In this document: in pieces, positions 19,535 through 28,292 of the stretch
Position numbering within the stretch: the first letter of the stretch is position 1
Layout of the letters: each line of letters starts with the position of its first letter
DNA from: an uncultured Chloroflexia bacterium
Lineage (GTDB): Bacteria > Chloroflexota > Dehalococcoidia > DSTF01 > WHTK01
Length of the DNA: 64,000 bases
Reading direction: 5' to 3'
NCBI GenBank assembly: GCA_963766645.1
Contig: CAVYAY010000001.1
Coordinates: 531,020-595,019 of the forward strand
Notes under the pieces: generated by a model
The model's database searches: none
What the model saw: only the letters and a program-made list of their open reading frames with translations
Told to the model about the DNA's origin: nothing
Made by a program: the position numbers and the translations under genes

Positions 19535-20785
19535 ATGACGAGGCCCTGGCGGTACATCCGTCCAACGGTGAGTAGAACGCGAGGTGCATTCGATATTGTG
19601 ATACCGCTACAAGGACTTCGAGTCCTCGATCTTTCAGAGGGCATCGCGGGCCCCTTTTGCACCAAGCTCCTCGCCGACTACGGCGCCGAGGTCATTAAGG
19701 TCGAGCGGCCGGGCACCGGTGATTGGACCCGTCAACGGCCACCCTTCTACCGCGGTGAGCCGGGTACCGAGCACAGCCTGCTCTTCGCCTATCTGAACAC
19801 GAGTAAACGCAGTCTCACACTCGACCTCGAAAGCGCCGCTGGACGCGACATGGTCTATAGGCTCGCCGCCGAATCGGACATCCTCGTCTTGAGCCAGCCG
19901 CTGACCTTCCTCGACTCGCTGCCGGGTGGCCGTCAGGCGCTGCGCACGGCGAACCCGAAGCTCGTCGTCAGCTCTGTGCCCTACTACGAGGGGGAAGGGC
20001 CATATGCCAACTACAAGGCAACCGAACTGACCCTGTACGCGATGAGCGGGCTAATGTCCATGGCGACCGGCGATCAGCGCGGCCGTCTCAAGGCCGGCGG
20101 CTACCAGGCGCAGTACATGGCCGGCGCCCAGATCTGCTCCTATACGCTGTTCGCGGCGCTGAAGGCGCGTAGGCAAGGCACCGGGAGCTTCATCGAGGCT
20201 TCCGTGGCCGAATGCTGCGCGCGCGTTCTCGCCCACATGCAGAGCTACGTGCCGGGCCAGTCACGAGAGCGCTCAACGCCAATTCAGGAGGGCTCGACCT
20301 GGGAGTGTGGCGAAGGCTCCCTCATGATCATGATGTACTACTACCAGATGGAAACCCTGGGAGCGCTGATCGGCGACCCCACCCTCAAAAGCGACACCAG
20401 CACGGGTGCCGACATCGGGATGCGTGAGAACCGCCGCGTCTGGCAGGACCCGCTGCGTGCATGGCTGAAGACCAAGACCGCGGACGAGGCGGAAACCGAG
20501 GCCCAGCGCGAGCACCTCCTTTTCAGCAAGGTCAATAACACCAGGGACGTCGTCGAGTCTGAACACCTCAACGCCCGCAATTTCTTCGTCGACGTTTTCC
20601 ATCCGGTGATCGGACCGGCAAGGTTTCCCATCGGCTCATACCACCTGACCGGTAACGATCGAAACCCACCGCAGGCCGCCCCCGTCCTGGGTGAAGCGAA
20701 TGACTTCGTGCTGCGACAGCGTCTGGGTCTCACCGAAGCCGATCTCGCCCATGTTTCAAGCGCCAGATCAGGAGCCCAAGAGTGA
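19535..20785 (+). CDS. Family III CoA-transferase
   Basis: LQGLRVLDLSEGIAGPFCTKLLADYGAEVIKVERP. The exact start is uncertain. Confidence 0.8.
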   Translation: MTRPWRYIRPTVSRTRGAFDIVIPLQGLRVLDLSEGIAGPFCTKLLADYGAEVIKVERPGTGDWTRQRPPFYRGEPGTEHSLLFAYLNTSKRSLTLDLESAAGRDMVYRLAAESDILVLSQPLTFLDSLPGGRQALRTANPKLVVSSVPYYEGEGPYANYKATELTLYAMSGLMSMATGDQRGRLKAGGYQAQYMAGAQICSYTLFAALKARRQGTGSFIEASVAECCARVLAHMQSYVPGQSRERSTPIQEGSTWECGEGSLMIMMYYYQMETLGALIGDPTLKSDTSTGADIGMRENRRVWQDPLRAWLKTKTADEAETEAQREHLLFSKVNNTRDVVESEHLNARNFFVDVFHPVIGPARFPIGSYHLTGNDRNPPQAAPVLGEANDFVLRQRLGLTEADLAHVSSARSGAQE

Positions 20786-22020
20786 CTGTAAACTCCGCAA
20801 ACGGCCTCGACCTGCCACTCTCCGGAGTTCGCGTCCTTGACCTCACCCACCGCTTCGCCGGACCAACCCTGACTATGCTCCTCGGCGACTGGGGTGCGGA
20901 CGTCATCAAGATCGAATGGTGGGATCGCATGGACGCATGGCGCGGCATGATCAGCGTCAAACACGATAAGGACGGCGAACAGGCTTACAACAAGCGGCCT
21001 AACTGGCTGAAGCTGAACCGCAGCAAGCGCAGCCTGACCCTCAATCTGAAGGAGGAGAAGGGCCAGGGAGTCTTCCTCGACCTTGTCCGGCAGTCGGACG
21101 TCGTAGTCGACAACTTCAGTGCCAGCGTTCTCGACCGTCTTGGACTCGGCTATGACGTGCTGCGTGCCGCCAACTCGCGCATCATCTCGCTCTCGCTACC
21201 GGGATTCGGCAACTACGGCCCCCATTCTGATTACGTGAGCAACGGCGGGACCATACAGGGTTACGCCGGCGTCGCGTCGATCACCGGCTACGAGGATGAC
21301 CACAAGCCGCGTGTTTCTATCGGCATCTGGGCCGACCCGGTCTGCGGCGTCCACGGCGCCTCGGCCATCGGCATGGCGCTCCTGGCACGAGAGCTCACCG
21401 GCGAAGGGCAGCGTATCGAGCTCGCGCAGGCCGAGAACATGGCCTCGACTCTCGGCGAATCGATTCTCAACTACACCGTCAACGGAATCGTCGACCAGCC
21501 GCTTGGCAACGCCGACGCAGCGATGGCACCGCACGGATGCTACCCCGCTCTCGGTGAGGACGAGTGGATCACGATTGCCGTCGCCGACGATGCGCAGTGG
21601 TCCGCGCTTTGCTTGCTTGCTGGCCATCCGGAATGGCTCAAGGATGAACGGTTTAAGTCGCAGCGGCTGCGCTGGGAGAACAGGGCAGGCCTGGATGAGC
21701 TCATGCGCCAATGGACCGTCGGCGAGGATAAATGGGCGCTCACGGACCGTCTCCAGGAGGTGGATATCGCCGCTGCGCCGGTCGTGACCATCGCCGATTT
21801 CCACGAACGAGAATCGCTCCCCGCGAGCAACTTCTACCAGGAACTCGACTACCCCTACATGAAATCCTACCCCGGCCCGGGCGTGAGGCTCGACGGGGCG
21901 CCGATCGCGCTGCGCCTGCCGCCGCCTATGCTCGGCGAGCACAATGAGGCGATCCTGAGAGAGCTGCTCGGCTATGGTGACGACGACATCGAGGCGCTGC
22001 GTCGGGCCGGCGTGATCTAG
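20782..22020 (+). CDS. Family III CoA-transferase
   Basis: LSGVRVLDLTHRFAGPTLTMLLGDWGADVIKIE. C-terminus MLGEHNEAILRELLGYGDDDIEALRRAGVI. GTGA overlap with the upstream gene. Confidence 0.85.
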   Translation: MTVNSANGLDLPLSGVRVLDLTHRFAGPTLTMLLGDWGADVIKIEWWDRMDAWRGMISVKHDKDGEQAYNKRPNWLKLNRSKRSLTLNLKEEKGQGVFLDLVRQSDVVVDNFSASVLDRLGLGYDVLRAANSRIISLSLPGFGNYGPHSDYVSNGGTIQGYAGVASITGYEDDHKPRVSIGIWADPVCGVHGASAIGMALLARELTGEGQRIELAQAENMASTLGESILNYTVNGIVDQPLGNADAAMAPHGCYPALGEDEWITIAVADDAQWSALCLLAGHPEWLKDERFKSQRLRWENRAGLDELMRQWTVGEDKWALTDRLQEVDIAAAPVVTIADFHERESLPASNFYQELDYPYMKSYPGPGVRLDGAPIALRLPPPMLGEHNEAILRELLGYGDDDIEALRRAGVI

Positions 22021-22042
22021 CCGGGACGAGCCTCCCGGGCCG

Positions 22043-22984
22043 TTACCCGCCTTCGCACAGAAACGGCAACAGCAGGTCGAGGAACTCCTGCGTCTTCTGG
22101 GTGTGCACGTTGTGACCTGCGCCCGCGACCGTTTCCAGCCGAGCGTTTGGCAGGCACGCGATGAATCGCTCCGCCGCGTCCGATTTGATCAGAGGGCTCT
22201 CTTCGCCGCGGATCAACAGCACAGGACAGGAAACTCCGGCAAGCTCCTCCGGGCTAATTGGTGGACGCGCCGGCAAAGGTGCCCCCGAATTCCCGAGGCG
22301 TGGATATTGCTTGCTGACCAGCTTGCCGTCGGATCGCTGCATCAGATTGAAGCGCATTGTTCGCAGAATGCGTTCCTCGCTTCGGTCTGGCTCCCGTTCC
22401 TGCACCCGCGCAACGTAATCTTCAACCGAGTCGAATTCGCGCGTCGAGCGGACAAACTCCACGATTTGCTGGCGTCCTTCGAGCGCTGACTCCGGACCCG
22501 TATCGACGAGAACGAGCCGCTTCGCGACATCATGTCTGGTGACGAGACTGAGCGCGGTGCGGCCGCCCATCGAGTGCCCTACGATGTTCGGTCGCTCCAG
22601 TCCCAATGCCCGGATCACGCCCAGCACGTCGTTGGCCATCAGCTCCGTAGACATCTCGCCGTCGCGCGGCCATTCGCTGTCGCCGTGGCCGCGCTGGTCA
22701 ACGGCAAAGATCTGAAAATCGTGACACAGCGTCGCGGCCACCATGTCCCAGACGTGGGCCGTCTGGTTACCCCCGTGCAGCATGAGCATCGCAGGCTTTG
22801 ATGCGTCTCCCCATTCAAGGAGATGGAAGCGTAATCCGCCGCTCACGACGTTTCGCGAGTAGCACGAAATCGGCAGGACGGGCTCAAGGCCGCGCTCCCG
22901 CATCGCAATCAAGACGTTCGCAAAATCCTCGCTATCGGTCATGTCCAACCGATCGGCGCTCTCTGAGAAGGTGTTCAGGTACAC
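22043..22984 (-). CDS. Alpha/beta-fold hydrolase
   Basis: HGGNQTAHVWD oxyanion region, nucleophile elbow IVGHSMGGRTAL, and C-terminal GAGHNVH. Confidence 0.75.
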   Translation of the reverse strand: MYLNTFSESADRLDMTDSEDFANVLIAMRERGLEPVLPISCYSRNVVSGGLRFHLLEWGDASKPAMLMLHGGNQTAHVWDMVAATLCHDFQIFAVDQRGHGDSEWPRDGEMSTELMANDVLGVIRALGLERPNIVGHSMGGRTALSLVTRHDVAKRLVLVDTGPESALEGRQQIVEFVRSTREFDSVEDYVARVQEREPDRSEERILRTMRFNLMQRSDGKLVSKQYPRLGNSGAPLPARPPISPEELAGVSCPVLLIRGEESPLIKSDAAERFIACLPNARLETVAGAGHNVHTQKTQEFLDLLLPFLCEGG

Positions 22985-22999
22985 GCGCTGTGCCTCTAA

Positions 23000-23878
23000 C
23001 TAGGCGGTCGAGATGGCATCAGCATAGGCGATCAGGTCTCGGGCGCGCCGGACAATCGCAGTGTCCACCATGCGGCCGTCAACCTGGATCGAGGCTTCGC
23101 CCCGCGCCTCGGCCTCAACGAACGCCGCAACGATGCGGCGCGACTCTTCGACGGCTTCAGCCTTGGGCTCGAAGACCCTGTTCACGGGTTCTACCTGAGC
23201 CGGATGGATCAGGTGCTTGCCTTTAAAGCCAATCGATTTCACGTAAGTCGTTTCGGCTACCAGTCCGGCTTCGTCCTTGAAGTCTCCGAATGGCGTGTCC
23301 AGCGGCTGAAGCCCGTATGCGACCGCGCAGTGAGCGATGATACGCCGTACGTACTCCAGCTCGCCGCCGGCGGGAGTGCGGTCCACACCCATGTCGGCGA
23401 CGTAGTCAAAGCCGCTCAGCGCTAGACCGATCGACCGCGGCGCCGCCGAGGCGATATCGCGGCAATTCAGCACTCCCATCGCCGACTCCACATGGGGCAC
23501 CAGGCCGATGCTACCGGCCGCGATCGAGGCGTTGGCTTCCAGACGACCGATCATCTCGTCCAGCCGTCCGATTTCCTCACCGGTTTTCGCCTTCGGAAAC
23601 GCGATGCCGTCTAGCCCCGGGACGATAACTGCTGTCAGGTCCCCCTCCGTAAGCCCGGTTTCAAAGTGGTTGACCCGGACGTGCACCGTTTTACCGGCTG
23701 CCTTCAGTGAAGCCACCGACGCTGCGATACCCGCGCGCGTCGCTTCCTTCTCGGCCGGCGGCACGGAATCCTCCAGGTCGAGGATGATGACGTCGGCCGG
23801 CGTTTGGTGAGCGCGAGCCACCATGTTTTCTCGATTGGCAGGGACGTAAAGCATCGAACGTAGTATCAGCATGGTCAC
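23000..23878 (-). CDS. HpcH/HpaI aldolase / citrate-lyase beta (CitE)-like CoA-ester lyase
   Basis: SMLYVPANRENMVARAHQTPADVIILDLEDSVPPAEKEATR is the CitE / malyl-CoA / citramalyl-CoA lyase N-terminal signature. Confidence 0.8.
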   Translation of the reverse strand: MTMLILRSMLYVPANRENMVARAHQTPADVIILDLEDSVPPAEKEATRAGIAASVASLKAAGKTVHVRVNHFETGLTEGDLTAVIVPGLDGIAFPKAKTGEEIGRLDEMIGRLEANASIAAGSIGLVPHVESAMGVLNCRDIASAAPRSIGLALSGFDYVADMGVDRTPAGGELEYVRRIIAHCAVAYGLQPLDTPFGDFKDEAGLVAETTYVKSIGFKGKHLIHPAQVEPVNRVFEPKAEAVEESRRIVAAFVEAEARGEASIQVDGRMVDTAIVRRARDLIAYADAISTA

Positions 23879-23879
23879 C

Positions 23880-24647
23880 CTAGCGGCCGCTCCACTGCGG
23901 CTGGCGCTTCTCGCGGAAAGCCTTGGGGCCTTCCAGCGCGTCCTCGGCTTCGAGAAGCTCGTCGTACACCTTTCGGACCATCGGCCTTACCTCTTCGGCA
24001 GGCAGCGTCAATGCTCGCTGGATGATCTCTTTGTGGGCCCTGACCGAAAGCGGAGAATTGCGGCAGATCTTCCGTGCATAATCAATCGCCGTGGGCATCA
24101 GCTCCTCCGGCGACACGACCTTGTTGGCGAAGCCGATCTCGTACGCGCGCTGAGCGCCGATCGGCTCGCCCGTCAGGCACAGCTCCATTAGCGCGCTCAG
24201 CGGTATCTGGTTCAGCAACGTGGGCGCAAAACCGGCGAGCAGGTGCCATTTCGTCTCCGTGATGCCGATCTGCGCCGTCTCCGACATGATGCGTATGTCG
24301 CAGCGCTGTGCATGTCCCCACCCGCCGCCATACGCAAACCCGTTGATCGCCGCGATCATCGGCTTGAAGCTCTCGGTCGGCACAACCCCGTTCTCCGGAG
24401 GCCTCGGGGCCTGCCCAGCGTCATCCGCCGCTGCGCGTTCCTTCAAGTCCCGCCCCACGCAGAACCCCCGGCCGGTCCCGGTAACGATGGCCACCCAGGC
24501 GCTGTCATCCGCCTTGAAACGCTCATAGCTCTCTGCCAGCGTCCGTGAAAGCTCTCGGTTCAGGGCGTTCAGCGCCTCCGGCCGGTTCAGTGTGATTACG
24601 ACAATGTGATCGTCGACTCGGTCGTAGAGAACAACAGGTTCTGCCAT
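23880..24647 (-). CDS. Enoyl-CoA hydratase/isomerase (crotonase)
   Basis: ITLNRPEALNAL...VTGTGRGFCVGRDL...AAINGFAYGGG. 255 aa. Confidence 0.85.
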   Translation of the reverse strand: MAEPVVLYDRVDDHIVVITLNRPEALNALNRELSRTLAESYERFKADDSAWVAIVTGTGRGFCVGRDLKERAAADDAGQAPRPPENGVVPTESFKPMIAAINGFAYGGGWGHAQRCDIRIMSETAQIGITETKWHLLAGFAPTLLNQIPLSALMELCLTGEPIGAQRAYEIGFANKVVSPEELMPTAIDYARKICRNSPLSVRAHKEIIQRALTLPAEEVRPMVRKVYDELLEAEDALEGPKAFREKRQPQWSGR

Positions 24648-24874
24648 GTCGGGACCCCTTTCGGGGGTTCACTCTAGCACCCGCACGCACCTGCTTCCGA
24701 AGTATTCCCGTTTGTACTGGAGCGCCTTTCAGCGGCCCACCCCAAAGGAATCTTGTAGACGCTTTCGATCGCCGGGATCGCGGACCTTCATAACCGGTGT
24801 GCACTGTCTTTGACACCCGGAATTACCGATGCTAGCTTCGCAAAGCTGTACAAGCGCTGAGCAAGGAGAATCGC

Positions 24875-25933
24875 ATGGTAACTCAGACTGCCGGAATCGA
24901 AGTTCTCAACCCGGTGGCTCAAACGGCCGCCGACGGCCAGGCGGTCCCGGCCGGCGATCTGCTGATGGCAGACCACGAGACGTTCGCGGGAGCGGACAGC
25001 TTCGACTCCTGGGAGAACTTCAACACCGAGTTCCTTGACCGCGGCTGGGGCGATGGCTTTCCCCTCGTGGCCCCGACCCGCGAGCGCGTAAATGCGTTCC
25101 TCGATTCTGTCAGGCACCTGGAGCTGGGGCCGTTGGACGTCATCGGCAAGCCCGTCGCTCCTGGCAACGGGATCGCGACGGTCGAGAAGCTCGCCATCAA
25201 CTGTGCAATGGCTGGTTGCCGTCCTGAGCACCTGACTGTCCTGATCAGCACGATTGAGGCAATCACCGAGACAGAGGATGTTGCCTTTCAGGCCGACCTC
25301 CAGTCGCCCGCCGGGCACTTCCCGATGATGCTGGTCAGTGGCCCGATAATACAGCAGATGGACATCAACTCCGGCATGTGCAGCCTGGGGCCGGGCAAAC
25401 CCTCGTTGGTCAACACCGTCCTCGGGCGCGCCCTGCGGCTCATCCTGATGAACGTTGGCCACGCATACCCGACTGCCAAGGACCTTGATACGATCGGCGT
25501 ACCGCAGAAGTTCAGTTACTGCCTCGCTGAGAACGAAGCCCAGAACCCCTGGGACGAACCCTTCCACGTTGAAATCGGTTTCCAACCCTCGGACAGCGTC
25601 ATTACCGTCTTCAGCGTCAGCGAAGTGGGCCACTTCGGCGGTTACACGGCAGAGCCGGAGCGTCTTCTCATCAGCCTTGCCAGGGGCATGCGGCACGCCG
25701 GCGGCGGTGAGCACGACGACAGCGGGCATCAGTACCTCATCATGTACTGCCCGGACCACGCGCGCAGCATGCACGTCGGCGGTGAGACCAAGGAGTCGAT
25801 CCGAAAGTTTGTTGTCGAAAACGTGCCCCTGAAGAACGGTGATAACGTGCACTTCACCGTCGTCGGCGGTCCGTCTTCCGGCAGCCACGTCTACAGGGCA
25901 TTGCCCTCCATCAGCAAGACGATTCGGCTCTAA
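24875..25933 (+). CDS. Uncharacterised 'GDGFP...AMAGC' family protein, copy P1 (no adjacent UxxC partner)
   Basis: 352 aa with AAGGAGAA upstream. Shares GWGDGFPLV, ATVEKLAINCAMAGCRPEHL, LGPGKPSLVNTVLGRALRLILMNVG and NPWDEPFHV with three paralogs in the window. I recognise no family name for it. Confidence 0.7.
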   Translation: MVTQTAGIEVLNPVAQTAADGQAVPAGDLLMADHETFAGADSFDSWENFNTEFLDRGWGDGFPLVAPTRERVNAFLDSVRHLELGPLDVIGKPVAPGNGIATVEKLAINCAMAGCRPEHLTVLISTIEAITETEDVAFQADLQSPAGHFPMMLVSGPIIQQMDINSGMCSLGPGKPSLVNTVLGRALRLILMNVGHAYPTAKDLDTIGVPQKFSYCLAENEAQNPWDEPFHVEIGFQPSDSVITVFSVSEVGHFGGYTAEPERLLISLARGMRHAGGGEHDDSGHQYLIMYCPDHARSMHVGGETKESIRKFVVENVPLKNGDNVHFTVVGGPSSGSHVYRALPSISKTIRL

Positions 25934-25990
25934 TACCGGAGGATCGCCTCCCGGCAGCAGGGCGGCGGCATCGAGATCGGGGGGTGCTGC

Positions 25991-28270
25991 GTGGCGGGTG
26001 CACTCGAAGGCATACGCGTCATCGATTTCGGCCAGTACATCGCCGGCCCGCTGGTCGCCATGCTCCTCTCCGACCAGGGCGCCGACGTCATTCGCGTCGA
26101 CCCGCCGGGTGGCCCGCGCTGGAGTCACCCAGCCAACGCCACGCTGAACCGCGGCAAGCGCCGATTAGAACTGGACCTTAGAGACCCGGCCGGCAAGACA
26201 GCCGCACTGAGTCTGATCGGCAGCGCCGACGTTGTTATCGAGAACTTCCGGCCCGGCGTCATGGAGAGTCTCGGGCTCGCCTGGGAGCAGGTGAGCCCTG
26301 ACCACGAGAGGCTCATCTACTGCTCGATTCCAGCCTTCGCCGCTGACGACCCTCGTGCCCGCTTGCCTGGCTGGGAAGGCGTCGTCGCCGCGGCGACTGG
26401 CGCTTTCCCCACTCGCCCCGGCCGCCGTCACCCGGCGAGCGCGGTCGAGCCAGAGGCAGTCGACGCGCCCCGGTTCACGGCGCTGCCGCTCGCGTCGGAG
26501 TACGGCGCGGTGGCGGCCGCGATCGGCATAGCGATGGCGTTGATCGCTCGCGAGCGCGACGGACTCGGGCAATGTCTGGAGATACCCCTCTTCAATGCGA
26601 TGTTTCTCGCCATCGGTTCCAGTGGCCTGCTGGTCAACGGCGGACCCTCGGGTGGACGCCCGATGGATCCCTGGGGCGGCATCTTCCCCGCCAAGGGCGA
26701 AGGCCGTGTGCTCATGAGCCTGCCCACGCCGCGATTCCTCGACACTTTCCTCAAGGCCACTGGCAAAGACCGCGAATGGGAAGACAAAGGCTACCTCGCG
26801 GCGGACGCCGTCAACGACAAGGATCTGATGGCGCGCCTTCAGCAAGACCTCGTCGACGTGTTCATGTCTCGCACTGCCGACGAGTGGGACGAACTGGCGA
26901 CCGAGGTAGGCGTCCCCGTAACGCCGGTGCGTCAGGCCCGCGGCTGGATGGAGGCGAAGCATACGCATGAGGCGGGGATATTCGTCTTGGTCGACGATCC
27001 GGAATTCGGGCCGATGGTCCAGCCCGGTCCGTCGATTAAACTCAACGGCACGCCGGGCGGCGTGCAGGCGCCGCGCGCGGCAACCGCCTCTCCGGGCATC
27101 GATGGCATCGACGTTACAGCCGCTATCGCCGGGCCCACAAAGGAACAACCCCTATCGGCGCCTCTCGAAGGCTTCCGGGTCATTGACACCACGTCGATCC
27201 TCGCCGGGCCCACGGCTGGCCGGACGCTCGCTGAGTTCGGCGCCGAGGTTATCAAGGTCAACAACCCTTGGGAGCAGGGGTCCGGTTATCGCTGGCAGGT
27301 CCACCGCTACCACAGCGACGTCAACCGCGGCAAGAAGTCGATCCTCATCGACCTGAAGCAGCCAGCGGGCCTCGACCTCCTCTGGCGGCTGGTCGAGAAG
27401 TCAGACGTCTACCTGCAGAACATGCGCCTCGGCGTTGCGCAGCGCCTCGGTGTTGCCTACGCGGACGTCAAAAAGCACAAGCCCGACATCGTCTACCTTT
27501 CGATCTCGGCCTTCGGCTACGGCGGGGAGTGGGAGTATCGTCCCGGCTATGAGCCCGTCGCGCAGAGCTTTTCGGGTATGCAGGCCCGCGGGCCCCAACC
27601 CTACGCCGTGAACGATTACTGCACAGGGTTGCTCGGCGCTTTCGGCGTTGGATTGGCTCTCTTTCATAGGCTACGCAGCGGTGAGGGGCAGAGCGTTGAG
27701 ACCTCGTTGGCCCACGCGTCAACCTATCTTCAGCTCCCTTACATGCAGCTCTACGCGGGCAAAAAGTGGGACGAACCCTCCGGCCCCCACGCCCGCGGCT
27801 GGAGCCCGCTACAGCGCATGTATCGCGCCAGCGACGGATGGTTCTTCTTGGGCGCGGCGTCCTCCCAGATAGACGCGCTGGCTTCGATCGCGGGGTTGGA
27901 AGCTGCGAAGCAGCCGACAGGAGACGCCCTGGCCGGCGCCCTCGAGGCCGCGTTCGCGGGGAAGACCGCGGCTGCCTGGGTCAAGTCGCTTACTGCTGCC
28001 GGGCTCGGCGCGTACCCCATCGGTATCACGGAGCCGGAGCTAATGGCCGATCCTTGGGTCGTTGACCACGGCCTCAGCGTCACCCAGACCTACAAGGACG
28101 GCTCGCGTATCACGACCATCGGCCCTCCTTGGCGCCTGTCCCGTACGCCCCCTTCCGTGCGACACCTCGTTTCGCCTCCTGGTGGCGATGCATACGAGGT
28201 TATCGCGAAAGCCGGCCTCAAGGACCGATTCGAAGAGCTTGTGCGCGAGAAAGCGGTTCTCCTCGAATAG
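25991..28270 (+). CDS. Tandem (two-domain) family III CoA-transferase
   Basis: 759 aa. Domain 1 starts LEGIRVIDFGQYIAGPLVAMLLSDQGADVIRVDPP. Domain 2 starts near residue 390 with LEGFRVIDTTSILAGPTAGRTLAEFGAEVIKVNNP. Confidence 0.8.
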   Translation: MAGALEGIRVIDFGQYIAGPLVAMLLSDQGADVIRVDPPGGPRWSHPANATLNRGKRRLELDLRDPAGKTAALSLIGSADVVIENFRPGVMESLGLAWEQVSPDHERLIYCSIPAFAADDPRARLPGWEGVVAAATGAFPTRPGRRHPASAVEPEAVDAPRFTALPLASEYGAVAAAIGIAMALIARERDGLGQCLEIPLFNAMFLAIGSSGLLVNGGPSGGRPMDPWGGIFPAKGEGRVLMSLPTPRFLDTFLKATGKDREWEDKGYLAADAVNDKDLMARLQQDLVDVFMSRTADEWDELATEVGVPVTPVRQARGWMEAKHTHEAGIFVLVDDPEFGPMVQPGPSIKLNGTPGGVQAPRAATASPGIDGIDVTAAIAGPTKEQPLSAPLEGFRVIDTTSILAGPTAGRTLAEFGAEVIKVNNPWEQGSGYRWQVHRYHSDVNRGKKSILIDLKQPAGLDLLWRLVEKSDVYLQNMRLGVAQRLGVAYADVKKHKPDIVYLSISAFGYGGEWEYRPGYEPVAQSFSGMQARGPQPYAVNDYCTGLLGAFGVGLALFHRLRSGEGQSVETSLAHASTYLQLPYMQLYAGKKWDEPSGPHARGWSPLQRMYRASDGWFFLGAASSQIDALASIAGLEAAKQPTGDALAGALEAAFAGKTAAAWVKSLTAAGLGAYPIGITEPELMADPWVVDHGLSVTQTYKDGSRITTIGPPWRLSRTPPSVRHLVSPPGGDAYEVIAKAGLKDRFEELVREKAVLLE

Positions 28271-28292
28271 CCGGGGGCTGAAGTGCGCCGGG

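Noticed and set aside
24788-26128. Long antisense 'shadow' ORFs. Examples: 24788..26128(-), 26165..27148(-), 38672..40051(+), 21196..21942(-), 40303..41007(+), 42395..43111(-), 53448..54518(+), 18339..19352(+), 30201..31148(+), 28536..29462(+).
   Set aside because: Each lies opposite a gene with clear family motifs. Each translates to Arg/Ala/Pro/Gly-rich low-complexity sequence typical of GC-rich non-coding frames and has no recognisable motif.
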